Of a stretch of DNA of 64,000 bases, positions 1 to 12,459 are shown piece after piece. The translations under genes were made by a program, and so were the position numbers. Position 1 is the stretch's first letter; each line of letters opens with the position of its first letter. Under the pieces are notes generated by a model that was given only the letters and a program-made list of their open reading frames with translations, was not told where the DNA came from and ran no database searches. The stretch comes from Dudresnaya verticillata (Eukaryota): assembly GCA_977862235.1 (NCBI GenBank), contig OZ374564.1, forward strand, positions 372,001 through 436,000. Direction: 5' to 3'.

Positions 1-1
1 G

Positions 2-1267
2 CTGGGCAACGTAGCATTCTTGTCGACAGCGGCAACCTGCACTTTTTGGGGTTGCGGCGTGTACCGTTCGCATCCATCTCCAGTTCTTTGCTTGCCGAAC
101 CCAGCGCATCCGAAGACAGCGGCACTTTGGAAGCAGCGGTCTGGGGCCACGCATCAGGTATGGAGAATGGGCAGCACATACCCCACCACGGACAAGATGG
201 GCTACCGAGTCCTGAACGTGAGCGGCATGTCCTCTCGACGGACTCCGCTTTGGCTGCTGGGCCTTGTCTGTGCCGCGATCGTGTGGGCCATGCGTCGCAT
301 CGTCGTTCTTCGTCATCTTGCGCGGAAGTACCAGCGAAGAGATCTCCTGCGGGACATCGCCGAGTTTTACGATGAACGCTCTGCGGCGTGGGAGGCCGTG
401 TGGGGCGAGCACATGCACCATGGCTTGTACGACACTGTGGATGGGAAGACCCTTCGCGGATCTCCGGCGCAGGTGCGTACTATGTCGGAGATGCTGCGCT
501 TGAGCGGCTTGATGGATGCAGAGCTACCGAAGGGTGCTAAGATTCTGGATGTGGGATGTGGCATCGGTGGGGCCTCCCGCTTCTTAGCACGGCATTTTGG
601 GGAAGACTGCGAGGTTACGGGCATTACGCTTAGTCCAATACAGGCGCAACGAGCGAACGAGATCAATGAAGAGAAGGGGTTGTCTGGAAGAGTTAAGAAT
701 GAAGTACGAAACGCCCTGTACACGGAGTTCCCGGACGACCATTTTGACATCGTCTGGAGTTTGGAGAGCGGCGAGCACATGGAACATAAGCAGAAGTTCC
801 TACAAGAGTGTAGCCGTGTCTTGAAGCCAGGCGGGAAAATGGTCATGCTAGTTTGGTGCATTCGAGAGTCAAACCCGCCTCTAAATGTCGGTGAGCGATT
901 TTCAATCCGAAGGATAATGGAAGAATACTGCTTGCCAAGAGTTGCCCCGGCAAGTGAGTACAACACAGAGTTGGTAAGAGCAGGTATGCGCGGTGTTGTC
1001 ACCAGCGACTGGACTAAACGAGCGGCACCATTTTGGGGTGAAGTAGCGAGGAGCGCAGCCTTTAATCCCAAGGGCTGGGCTGTGTTGCGAAAATACGGGT
1101 GGCCACTATTGCGGTCAGCTCTAGCAATGCGGCACGTAGTTGCGGGCATCAGACAAGGCGTTTTCCGCCTGGTAGCGTTGGCCTCGCGCAAGCCGACTCT
1201 GGAAGAGCAACAGGAAGAAGCTGAGCGACAGTTGCGATGCTGCGACAAACGTTCTTTAGGACGATAG
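2..1267 (+). CDS. VTE4: Gamma-tocopherol methyltransferase-like SAM-dependent methyltransferase (5' end uncertain, frame open to window edge)
   Basis: IAEFYDERSAAWEAVWGEHMHHGLY, SAM motif ILDVGCGIGG and FDIVWSLESGEHM are typical of gamma-TMT. The frame has no stop from position 2; first in-frame ATG at 167. A hydrophobic helix (LWLLGLVCAAIVWAM) precedes the methyltransferase domain. Confidence 0.8.
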   Translation: MGNVAFLSTAATCTFWGCGVYRSHPSPVLCLPNPAHPKTAALWKQRSGATHQVWRMGSTYPTTDKMGYRVLNVSGMSSRRTPLWLLGLVCAAIVWAMRRIVVLRHLARKYQRRDLLRDIAEFYDERSAAWEAVWGEHMHHGLYDTVDGKTLRGSPAQVRTMSEMLRLSGLMDAELPKGAKILDVGCGIGGASRFLARHFGEDCEVTGITLSPIQAQRANEINEEKGLSGRVKNEVRNALYTEFPDDHFDIVWSLESGEHMEHKQKFLQECSRVLKPGGKMVMLVWCIRESNPPLNVGERFSIRRIMEEYCLPRVAPASEYNTELVRAGMRGVVTSDWTKRAAPFWGEVARSAAFNPKGWAVLRKYGWPLLRSALAMRHVVAGIRQGVFRLVALASRKPTLEEQQEEAERQLRCCDKRSLGR

Positions 1268-1329
1268 AGAGACGCTGTAAATCAAAATGGTTGTCTAAAG
1301 ACTACACAATAGCCATGGCTGACCAGAGC

Positions 1330-3159
<1,830 letters not shown>

Positions 3160-3788
3160 GGTGTGGATCGGGGGTTGAGCGGCGGGGGCGGGCGGGAGCG
3201 GGCGGGGGAGGGAGGCGGAGGATGCTCGTCACGATCGGATGATGCGCTCGCGTCGCGGCAATGCCCAAAGCGAGAAACGCAGTCCGCCGATCGCTCGCGC
3301 TGCCCAGCGGATCGTCGATCTGCTTGCAGTTGCCGCTTACAGTGTTTTCGGATACTTACATTGTATTTGGGGCTGAGGGCGTGTCGGCGACCAACTTTTT
3401 GATGTTTTTTGTGGAGCTTCGGCGCAAATTAGGTGCAGCACTACGGCGATGGCGATTGGTTGTTTGGGTCACAGTTTGGAAGAATGCGCCGTGGAGTTTT
3501 TGCGTAGAACTGTTGAGATTCAAGGGGATCAACAAGAGTGTCCAGACCCGCTGCTGACGTATAGACCCAGTTCCGCGCCTTCCATGGAGTGCGAACTGCA
3601 AGCAGCCTCTCAGATCCTCACAGACCCGCGCCTCCGGCCCTCACTAATAAAAGCGTCGGGAGGCGCCAGGTAGCCTCTCCATTCAATCCACCCTCTGACA
3701 TCGTCACGCTGTCGGTCGCTATGGTGTACCCCCGACGACCCCGAAGTCCTCGCCGCTCCCATTCCCACACCCGCGCCGCATCCCCGCC

Positions 3789-4499
3789 ATGTCAGCGCAG
3801 CCCTCGTCCGCCCTTCCCCCGCTTCCGCTTCCGCTGCACACAACCGCACTAGTTGGCCGCCACCGCCGCAACCGCTCACTCTACCGCGACAGCTCGGACA
3901 GCAGCTCCTCTTCCGACCCCCCGCAAGTCGTCACCGTCTCCGACGTGCGCACCTGGCTCTCCACCCAGGGCTACTCGCAGTACGCAGATGTCTTCACCGC
4001 CAATGAGATCAATGGCCCTATCCTCAAGACCCTTACCTCCGAGGAGCTGCGCGACGACCTCTCCGTCGTCAATCTGCGCCACCGCCGCGACCTGCTAGAC
4101 GCCATCGCCCAACTTGTGGCCGCAGACAAGGCCATACGCAAGGACCCGCTGCCAGAACACGGCCGCATCCTCGACCACCTCTCCAACGTCCGCACTTACC
4201 ATAGCTGGCTCCGCGTCGGTGTCCAGCTGCTCGCCTTTGCAATTGTCACATTGCGTCTAGCCCCAAACTTTCGCGACACCCCCATTGTCGCCGCTGCCGC
4301 CTTCTACTTTGCATGTATTGGTATCATCTCCCTTCTCTATGGCATATATCGCTACCGCGTTGTCAATCGAATGATTGAGCAGTCCGGACCGTCCAACCAT
4401 CAGTACACCCCTGATAAAGCTGGTGTCGTATTAATGGTTGTACTCGTGCTTATCGCATCTGTTCTCTCGCTCACAGTTGTCGCAATGCGGTCTACTTAA
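3789..4499 (+). CDS. SAM domain + DUF202 (YidH/Vtc1-like) 3-TM membrane protein
   Basis: SAM: VSDVRTWLSTQGYSQYADVFTANEINGPILKTLTSEELRDDLSVVNLRHRRDLLDAI. DUF202 signature DHLSNVRTYHSWLRVG followed by three hydrophobic helices. Confidence 0.8.
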   Translation: MSAQPSSALPPLPLPLHTTALVGRHRRNRSLYRDSSDSSSSSDPPQVVTVSDVRTWLSTQGYSQYADVFTANEINGPILKTLTSEELRDDLSVVNLRHRRDLLDAIAQLVAADKAIRKDPLPEHGRILDHLSNVRTYHSWLRVGVQLLAFAIVTLRLAPNFRDTPIVAAAAFYFACIGIISLLYGIYRYRVVNRMIEQSGPSNHQYTPDKAGVVLMVVLVLIASVLSLTVVAMRST

Positions 4500-4565
4500 C
4501 AACACACTTACTCCTGGTACAGTGACAACGTTTACAATTCCATTTACCAGCTCAGGTCAAGGTCC

Positions 4566-5363
4566 TTAGGAGGCTCGTCCACGCTTCTTCTGCATCTTCT
4601 TGGCATGCTTCTCGAGGCAGTTGCGCATCAACCCGCTGATTTGGACCGCCCCACCACAGCACTCCCGTATGGCCGCGGACAACACCTCCACGTCGACCTC
4701 CCCACTTTGAATCAGATCTGTCACCTTGCCGCTGGTCGGCATGTACGCCACCATAACGGTGCCAGAGGCTGCTGCCTCCTCGACCACGCTGGGGTCAAGA
4801 ATCAGCTTCCCGTCAAGGATAGCCCCAGCGCAGCCGACCGTAAGGTCAAGAAGCTCGATCCCTGCATCTGCTAGTGCGAGCGATGCTGCTGTGACGACGG
4901 CCGCGAAAGCGCCACCGTCGTCCTCCAAGACAAACGCGCTTACCTCGATGCGAGACTTAGGATACATCTCCAGCCGCGTTACTGCGCTCAACGTGCGCGA
5001 CAGGGAAGTGCTAAGCTCCCGCTCCTCATTGCTCGCCGCTTCGCTTACGCGGCTTGACCGTTCCGATGCAACGATGCCCAGCTCAGCGCCGTGCCTTCCA
5101 GCAAAATGCGCCCAGCGCACCTCACTGTGGATGACAGCATCGATAGAGCTTGACGATGCATACGCTCGCGGGCCATTAACTGCGCAGAAGACCTTGGTTC
5201 CACCGGCTTCGAAATATGCTGACCCAGCCGCGGCTGACAGAACAGAACCCTTAAGGAAAATCGGGCGAAGCTCAGTCCCTGCCCGCCCGTCTTGACGCCC
5301 TTTCTTCTTGCTGCTATGAGCAAGCGGATCTGATTTCACGCGGCATAATGGTCCGTACTTCAT
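4566..5363 (-). CDS. Exosome RNase PH-like subunit (MTR3/RRP41-like)
   Basis: RQDGR..ELRPIFLK, GSAYFEAGGTKVFCAVNGPR, YPKSRIEV..VLEDDGG, ASLALADAGI, LILDPS. ATG chosen at 5363; the ORF track extends to 5570 from a non-ATG start. Confidence 0.88.
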   Translation of the reverse strand: MKYGPLCRVKSDPLAHSSKKKGRQDGRAGTELRPIFLKGSVLSAAAGSAYFEAGGTKVFCAVNGPRAYASSSSIDAVIHSEVRWAHFAGRHGAELGIVASERSSRVSEAASNEERELSTSLSRTLSAVTRLEMYPKSRIEVSAFVLEDDGGAFAAVVTAASLALADAGIELLDLTVGCAGAILDGKLILDPSVVEEAAASGTVMVAYMPTSGKVTDLIQSGEVDVEVLSAAIRECCGGAVQISGLMRNCLEKHAKKMQKKRGRAS

Positions 5364-6612
5364 CAGGACGGACCAATGCGACTGACCGCTTCCAAGCCGA
5401 GGCGGAGGTCGGTTGTTCCTTCCCGATCTTGCTTGCGAGCCGGTCGATGTGAAATTCAAATACTGAAGGACACGAGTCCTCGCTCGCACAAAAGACACAG
5501 CTGGAGACGCTCCGGTAACCGGATTACGAGATGGTATGGTGTACGGTATACCGGGAGGCAGCCTCGCCAAATGGGTTGCTACTGTGTATGTATGGTAGTC
5601 CCTGGGGTAGGACTCTTGTGGAGTTGCTTTCGCCGGCCAAAAATTGATACACTTTTGATCTGTTTGGCTTCAGACTGAAACTGAAACCATCATTCTGGTC
5701 AAACCGAAGGTACATAGGCCATATCCTCTCTGTAGCTTGCTCAGCTCCCGCCCACTTGTTCCTGCGGTTGCTCAGGCTGATGGCCGTACCTCAAACTTGA
5801 CGAACCATGGAAAATCCTAATCGCATCTTTCTGTCTTCTGCGATAACCCAGTACTGCTGTTTGTATCACTGCAAAAGTTGAGCCCAGAGCGGAAACAGAC
5901 GGGAACTAGTAGGTTTACGATGGAAAACCAGCGGGGTGGAAGGATATCTTCTGGAGGCCTGGAAAATGAGGGCTCACCTATTGAGCTATGTCTGGCACAA
6001 TGCATTGAGGCCTAGCCCGGGCCGTAGCCCTGCGACTGATATGTTCCGACTGTAGGTACATCGCCAATCTATGTATCAACGCATGAACTTGAAGTGTTGA
6101 ATTTACCATGGCGCAGCAGCAGGCACTAGTCCATTGCGTACCAGCACTTTATAAATGCCGAGATGAGAGTAGCGCCTACAGTACCAGACACCAAGCCTTT
6201 CCCGTAAGCCTCCGACATGCACGCATACTAATACCTGGCTGGATAGCAAACAGCACATCAACGCAGCCACTGGTGCCGGTGGCACAAAGACTCAAGACAA
6301 GCTGACGCTTCGCATTCCAGCCGACAACTTACCTTCTGAGCTTTCGCCTTTCTAGGAATGCTGCTCTTGGACATCCGTACGCCAATCGCTCTTCTTGAGA
6401 CGCGTATCGACTACTCTCGCCGCAACTGCCCGTCTAATGCGACAGTATATGAGCTATAAAGGCACAAGGCACAAGGCTACACAAAGTTCATTTATACAAG
6501 GTTACCACTGCTCAAACACATCAACTCATAAAATAGACACAGGCTGAGAGTCGAAAAGACAACAATCAAATGCTCACCGGCTAGAATTTCACCGGCATCA
6601 ACGAAAACCAGC

Positions 6613-6990
6613 TTACGAGGAGCTGTACTTGGTGACGGCCTTGGTCCCTTCCGAGACGGCATGCTTAGCGAGCTCACCAGGGAGAAGCAGGCGGACGGCA
6701 GTCTGAATTTCACGGGAAGTCAGCGTCTTGGAGTTGTTGTACGACGAAAGCTTGGCAGCCTCGGTGGCGATACGCTCGAAGAGATCGGCGACAAACGAGT
6801 TCATGATGCTCATGGCCTTCGAGGAGATACCGGTGTCAGGGTGGACCTGCTTGAGGACCTTGTAGATGTAGATGGAGTACGACTCGCTCCTCTTCTTCTT
6901 GCGGGTGGTCTTCTCAGGGCCGGAACCGGCCATGCCCTTCTTCGCGACCTTCTTCTCAGCAATCGGAACAGACTTGCCCTTGGGAGCCAT
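6613..6990 (-). CDS. H2B: Histone H2B
   Basis: [32 protein letters not shown]...[12 protein letters not shown]. Confidence 0.99.
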   Translation of the reverse strand: MAPKGKSVPIAEKKVAKKGMAGSGPEKTTRKKKRSESYSIYIYKVLKQVHPDTGISSKAMSIMNSFVADLFERIATEAAKLSSYNNSKTLTSREIQTAVRLLLPGELAKHAVSEGTKAVTKYSSS

Positions 6991-7111
6991 TGCGAATGTG
7001 TGTGGGTGGGTGAGGTGAAAAACGGCTGAGGCTGGGAGTGTGTGGGAGTGATGAGGGTGCAGGTGAGTGGTGAGAGGGCAAGCGTGGGTCAGTGACTCGG
7101 CGCTGGCGATT

Positions 7112-7424
7112 CTTATACGGTCGGGCGTTCGGATCTGGACTGCGGGACGTTCGCCGCTTAGACCCGTTTCGCAAGCGAGACCCTTCGCCTGAGAGCGCGC
7201 TTACTTTTTGGAACGCAATTCTGGGCTGCGATTGGCCACAGAAGCAGTCGCCAACAAGCCGCGGGCACAGGCGAACGAGCCAATAGATGATCTCTATTTG
7301 TATCCAACGATTTTATTTCCAAAATTACGACCGTTCCAGGCGGTTGTTCGTTTCGCGCGAGAAGCATTTCGTTGCAGGCGCCGGCAGTCCGCAGCAACCT
7401 GCCCTCCACAACCAGCGATATAAA
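7112..7424. promoter_or_regulatory. Bidirectional histone promoter
   Basis: TATAAG on minus strand 7117-7112, ATTGG 7231-7235, CCAAT 7280-7284, E2F-like TTTCGCGC 7351-7358, TATAAA 7419-7424, all between divergent H2B and H2A. Confidence 0.6.
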
Positions 7425-7543
7425 GCCCATCGAAATCCGCTCTCTCCCTCCTTCTCGGCACCGCTCTCACCAACGCCAACACACCATACGCATCCACACA
7501 TCTCACTGCACTCAGCACCCCTCCCAAATCCTACAAACCCACG

Positions 7544-7918
7544 ATGTCGTCCAAGGTTAAGAAGACTTCCCAGACTCGCTCCTCCAAGGCCGGGCTTCAG
7601 TTCCCGGTAGGCCGTATCCATCGTTTCCTGCGGAAAGGCGGGTACGCCGACCGCGTCGGCGCGGGCGCGCCGGTGTACATGGCGGCCGTGATGGAGTACC
7701 TTACTGCTGAGGTGCTCGAGCTGGCCGGCAACGCCGCTCGCGACAACAAGAAGACCCGTATCATCCCGCGCCACATCCAGCTCGCCGTTCGCAACGATGA
7801 GGAGCTCAACAAGCTGCTTGGCGGTGTTACCATCGCCTCCGGTGGTGTGCTCCCGAACATCCACCAGGTGCTCATGCCGCGCAAGAAGTCCAAGGGTGAT
7901 GCCTCGCAGGAGGTCTAA
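7544..7918 (+). CDS. H2AX: Histone H2A with C-terminal SQEV (H2A.X-type)
   Basis: [21 protein letters not shown]...VLPNIH; ends ASQEV, matching the SQ[E/D]-hydrophobic motif. Confidence 0.95.
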   Translation: MSSKVKKTSQTRSSKAGLQFPVGRIHRFLRKGGYADRVGAGAPVYMAAVMEYLTAEVLELAGNAARDNKKTRIIPRHIQLAVRNDEELNKLLGGVTIASGGVLPNIHQVLMPRKKSKGDASQEV

Positions 7919-8780
7919 ATGATCGTTTGTTGCTGATCTCTGTTTGGTTGGCGTTGGCCTATGCAGGGCTTGGATGTTAGCCCTAGGACTTGTACAGTGT
8001 GTGTATTGGTGTCGAAATAAATACTTGTGAACTTTGCTTTTATGTAGAACTGTCCCACTAGCTGGAGATAAGTTGTGGGGAGGTTATATTTCTGCCTCTC
8101 GTTTGAAAAGACATGGATATCATTGCTGCGCAGCACTGTCCCTGCAGGGGTGTTAACTAAGACAATCTAACCTTTCCCCTGTGTTTTTCTTTGAGAGTGT
8201 AGCAAGGTATTGTCTATGCGATCTTTGCACTGGCTGCCTGCATGCCGACGCTTTGTTGGTTTAACATATCAACACAGCTCACAGCGCGCAGTCTATCCTT
8301 GCCTTGGGAGCAACGCTGGAGGTTAATCGCCAAGATGAGGTTGAGGTGAAAACATGCGTGGAGCGTGGGAGAAACAGATCAAGCGGCAACTTTAACGAAC
8401 AGCGCAGCTCCGAAGGCGGAGTGGCGGCCTTCCCCTTCAGTCCTGAAAGAAAGGGCCCAGACCCTTCGAGAGGAGGTGACGTCACCGCCACAGAAACATA
8501 AATTATTCTACAAATGCTCCTTACAGTACGAACAACCAATGACCAAGCAGCGCGTGCAGTGCATTGGGGCGGAACGAAAAGGGATCGCCGACGGCTGCCG
8601 GCAGTCCCATCGCATCGCAAACTATTTCTACTCCAGCGTTCCTCTGGGCCCCTTCCTTTCCGCGTCAAAGAGTAACTTCCTGCGACTTAGCCGCGACCTA
8701 CGGGGAAAGCTCACACAGTCTACCACCATTCCTACGGGCACAGTTCAGTAGGACTTCAAGTGCTCACCGAACAGCCAAAC

Positions 8781-10001
8781 ATGGCGGACGTGTCCGTCAT
8801 TACCTGCACGGCATGCCAGCACCGCCTGGTGGGTAGCGAGGAGCGCCGCGTGCACTACCGCTCCGACTTGCACCGCGTCAACCTCAAGCGCAAGGTGGGC
8901 GGGCTGGGCCCGCTGACAGCCAACGAGTTCTCGGCGCGTGTGGCGGCTCTGGAGTCGGAGCGCCAGTCGACGCAGCGCGTGCGCCAGACCTACTTCTGCG
9001 AGGTGTGCTCGAAGAAGTTCAGCTCGGAGAAGGCCCTGGAAAACCACCACCGCTCGCGCAGACACATCGACGCCGTCAAGCGCGCCGCCGCCGCCGGCGA
9101 CACCATGGAGCTATCGTCCGCCGGCTCCACGACAGACCGGTCGCACGCCGCGCTAGACCGTGACGCGGATACGGACGCTATGGTTGGGACGGGGATGGCA
9201 ATGGCAGACGATGACGCCGTGGACGCCGAGCTGGCAAGACGGATAGCATCTGGGGCGGGGTTTACCGCCTTGGAATGTGTGTTTGATGGGGCAAAGTTTG
9301 GGAGCGTGGAGGAGAATCTGGATTACATGTGCCGCGTGCACGGGTTTTTCGTGCCGTTCGCTGAACAGCTAGTTGATAAAGTGGGGCTTCTGACGTACCT
9401 TGGGCAGAAGGTCGGCGTTGGCTACGCTTGCGTGGCGTGCGATCGCGGGTTTGGTGATGTTGAGGCGGTGCAGATGCACATGCAGGACAAGCGGCACTGC
9501 CACATGTGCAGCGATGAGGAGCTGTGGATGGAGGAGTATGGGGAGTTCTACGATTTCGGGGCGGCTGAGGGTGGGGATGGGGACGCGGGTGGATGGGAGG
9601 AGGTAGACGGGGAAGAGGCGGCTGTGGCAGAGGCAGCCGGGGCGATGGTTGTGGCGAAGGGGGAGGTTGAAGATGAGGAAATCGAGGAGGTCGGAGCGGA
9701 GGCGGTGGGGCTCGCCGTGCGCGGAAAGGTACTCGGGCACCGCAGTCTCGTGCGATACTACCGGCAGAGCGCCGGTCGGGTGGCGGACAGCCGAGTGGCG
9801 GTGGTGACGAACAGGGAGCTGGGGGTGCTGCGGCGGGCGGCGCTGCGCGAGCGGCGCGGGCCGATGGAGCTCCGGGCCGAGCGCGGGCGGGTGAAGAGGG
9901 AGCAGCGGTTCGAGCTGATGGTGGGGTCACAGAACTACTACACGCGCAAGGCGCGGTTCAAGCAGAGCATGGCGGTGTTCAATTCAGGCTACCGGGCGTG
10001 A
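8781..10001 (+). CDS. REI1: REI1/ZNF622 pre-60S maturation zinc-finger protein
   Basis: CTAC..HYRSDLHRVNLKRKV, CEVCSKKF..HHRSRRH, HGFFVP..LLTYLGQKV, MHMQDKRHC, LGHRSLVRYYRQ. ATG at 8781. Confidence 0.93.
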   Translation: MADVSVITCTACQHRLVGSEERRVHYRSDLHRVNLKRKVGGLGPLTANEFSARVAALESERQSTQRVRQTYFCEVCSKKFSSEKALENHHRSRRHIDAVKRAAAAGDTMELSSAGSTTDRSHAALDRDADTDAMVGTGMAMADDDAVDAELARRIASGAGFTALECVFDGAKFGSVEENLDYMCRVHGFFVPFAEQLVDKVGLLTYLGQKVGVGYACVACDRGFGDVEAVQMHMQDKRHCHMCSDEELWMEEYGEFYDFGAAEGGDGDAGGWEEVDGEEAAVAEAAGAMVVAKGEVEDEEIEEVGAEAVGLAVRGKVLGHRSLVRYYRQSAGRVADSRVAVVTNRELGVLRRAALRERRGPMELRAERGRVKREQRFELMVGSQNYYTRKARFKQSMAVFNSGYRA

Positions 10002-10292
10002 TCGCTGTCGAGGCAGCGTACTTGTACTTACTACACCATAAAGTGCAGCGTGTGATTGCCGCGCGTTGTCAAAAAAGACCATCTTGGGCACCCGCGCCAA
10101 GACGCCCACGTGGGCTACGTGGCGCGCGCTGATTGTGCCACAACGCCGGGTGCCCCCTCCGCGCCCCCATGAAGATGTTGTTGCCGCGCGACGCTCACGC
10201 CTCCACATGCGCCCATCTCTTCAACAGCGCAGCTTCCCACACCGCCTCCGCCCGCCACACCCCCTCCCCCCACCGCCCCCGTCCCCCATCCC

Positions 10293-11777
10293 ATGTCATC
10301 GCACCCGGGCCTCTTGCCCGACGGCTCTCTCGACCCGGGCTACGACCGCCGCATCCAGCAGAACAACTCCCCCGACCCCGCCGCCTTCTCCGCCGCCCGC
10401 TCGCTCGACCCGCGTCCGCCGCAGGCCTCCCCGTACGGCTACGCCCCCCAGCAGCCGGGGTACCCGCCTGTCGTCGCCCAGCAGCAGCAGCAGCCCTACC
10501 CTACCACCGCCTACGCCGCCCAAGTTCCCGCCCAGCACTATCAGTACCCCTACCCGCCGCAACAGCCGCAGCAGCAACAACCCTACCCGCCGCACCACCA
10601 ACAGCAACAGCAGCAGCCCTATCCGCCCAACGTACAGCCCCAACCCCCGCAGCACCCCTATCCCCCTCAGCAGCAGCAGCAGCAGCAGCACTCCTACCCG
10701 ACCTACCAGCCCTCTGCAAGCTACGCGCCTGCCGCTGCCCCACCGCCGCCAGGCCCCCGACGCCCGGGCTACGGAGCAGTCCCCCCGCCACCCCCACAGC
10801 ATATCGTCCCCGCCGGAGTCGCCGGAGCCATGACTAGTTCGTTCCGCCCGTCAGGCCGCAAGAAGGCTCTGCTGGTTGGTATTAATTACAAGGGCACGTC
10901 GGCCGCCCTTCGTGGCTGCGTCCGCGACGTCACCTTCGTCCACCACCTACTTGTGTCCAAGTTTGGCTTCAAGAACCGCGACTTTGTCGTCCTCACCGAT
11001 CAAGAGTCAGGCATTTCCGGCGTGCGCAAGGGCCAACCCACCCGTAAGACAATCATCGACTCGCTGCGTTGGCTGGTGGAGGGCTCGCGCTCGGGTGACA
11101 GTCTTTGGTTTTCCTTCTCTGGACACGGCTCCCAGGTCCGTGACAAAAATGGTGACGAAAGCGATGGCTACGATGAGACCATTCTCCCCGTCGACTACAA
11201 GCGCGCTGGCCAGATTATTGATGATGACCTCTACGCTATCGTGCGCCGCGTCGCGAGGGGTTCTCGCCTTACCGTCCTGCTTGACGCTTGTCACTCTGGC
11301 ACAGGACTCGACTTGCCGTATCAGCACGACGTCTTCGGCACCGGCAGTGGTCAGCGCGTCCAGGGAAGCGGAAAGGGGCAAAGCCTCACTTCTGGCCTGT
11401 TTAACGTCGCAGGTGCTCTTCTCAACGGCAACGCCAGCGGTGCGTTGTCCGCTGGGCTCAACCTGGCTGGCAAGAAGAAGAAGAAGCAGCAGGTTCGCCC
11501 CGATCCGAATGCAGGCGAGGTATTATTGTTTGCGGGTTGCAAAGATGATCAGACGTCTGCAGATACCAGCAAGTTGGCTGGTGGGCTCACGACTGGCGCT
11601 ATGACGTATGCGCTTATCGAGACGCTTGAACATTCTACAGTGGGAGATTGGCGTAATTATACATACCGCAAGCTGTTGCATACCATGCGGCAGAAGCTAC
11701 GGGCAAACCGCATGACCCAAGTGCCTCAATTTTCGACCTCACATCCGTTCGATCTCAATTCTAAGTTCATGTTGTAG
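10293..11777 (+). CDS. MCA1: Type I metacaspase with Pro/Gln/Tyr-rich prodomain
   Basis: GRKKALLVGINY, LRGCVRD, catalytic FSGHG and DACHSG, GCKDDQTSADT, Q.PQFS. Confidence 0.95.
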   Translation: MSSHPGLLPDGSLDPGYDRRIQQNNSPDPAAFSAARSLDPRPPQASPYGYAPQQPGYPPVVAQQQQQPYPTTAYAAQVPAQHYQYPYPPQQPQQQQPYPPHHQQQQQQPYPPNVQPQPPQHPYPPQQQQQQQHSYPTYQPSASYAPAAAPPPPGPRRPGYGAVPPPPPQHIVPAGVAGAMTSSFRPSGRKKALLVGINYKGTSAALRGCVRDVTFVHHLLVSKFGFKNRDFVVLTDQESGISGVRKGQPTRKTIIDSLRWLVEGSRSGDSLWFSFSGHGSQVRDKNGDESDGYDETILPVDYKRAGQIIDDDLYAIVRRVARGSRLTVLLDACHSGTGLDLPYQHDVFGTGSGQRVQGSGKGQSLTSGLFNVAGALLNGNASGALSAGLNLAGKKKKKQQVRPDPNAGEVLLFAGCKDDQTSADTSKLAGGLTTGAMTYALIETLEHSTVGDWRNYTYRKLLHTMRQKLRANRMTQVPQFSTSHPFDLNSKFML

Positions 11778-12459
11778 ACGGTGCTTGTATTTCTTTGGGT
11801 TGGTCCAAGTCTTCTTGTACATATATTAATGGAGATTGACTGGGCGTTCTTTGGCTGGGTACTACTCTTGCGTGACTTTAGACGTTCATAGCAGTTGTGT
11901 ACCAAGGATTCTCGAAGCGTTTTCGCGAGGCAATATAAACTGCGTTGGACCAAGTTTGCTAGTCTCTACAGCTGGGTCATTGTAACGGTGGGCGTTGGCT
12001 GCGCGGATAGGCACTCACTTTGCAACTGAACTTTGGTCCAAGTCTTCCTCCTCAGAACACCTGGTACGGAGACAAAGAGGCCCTTTACCGCGCCGGCGTA
12101 GAACACACTGTTGTTGCAGCCTTTGCCTTATTAGTCGTGTATCTCAAAATGAGAATTAAGAATATGAGATTCTTGACCAGGTCTAAGCTGCCAAAAACGC
12201 AGAGTCTGAGATTGGAAGCTCCCAACGCCCGCACCACAAGTCTGAAGCCACCGTCTCTGCAGCTGACGGCGGCAGCCAGTGTGCCGACATTCCGAACACA
12301 TAACCGCCTGACTTTAATCCCGGCCAGGAAGCAATGACGATCAGATCGATTTCCATTTATTCTCGCCTCTCGATCCTCGGCCCAATACCGACGCTGCTGC
12401 ATAGCACGACGAAGCCGGTTCTCCATTTCCGGCAATTCCCCGCCCGCGCGATCTCCGCA

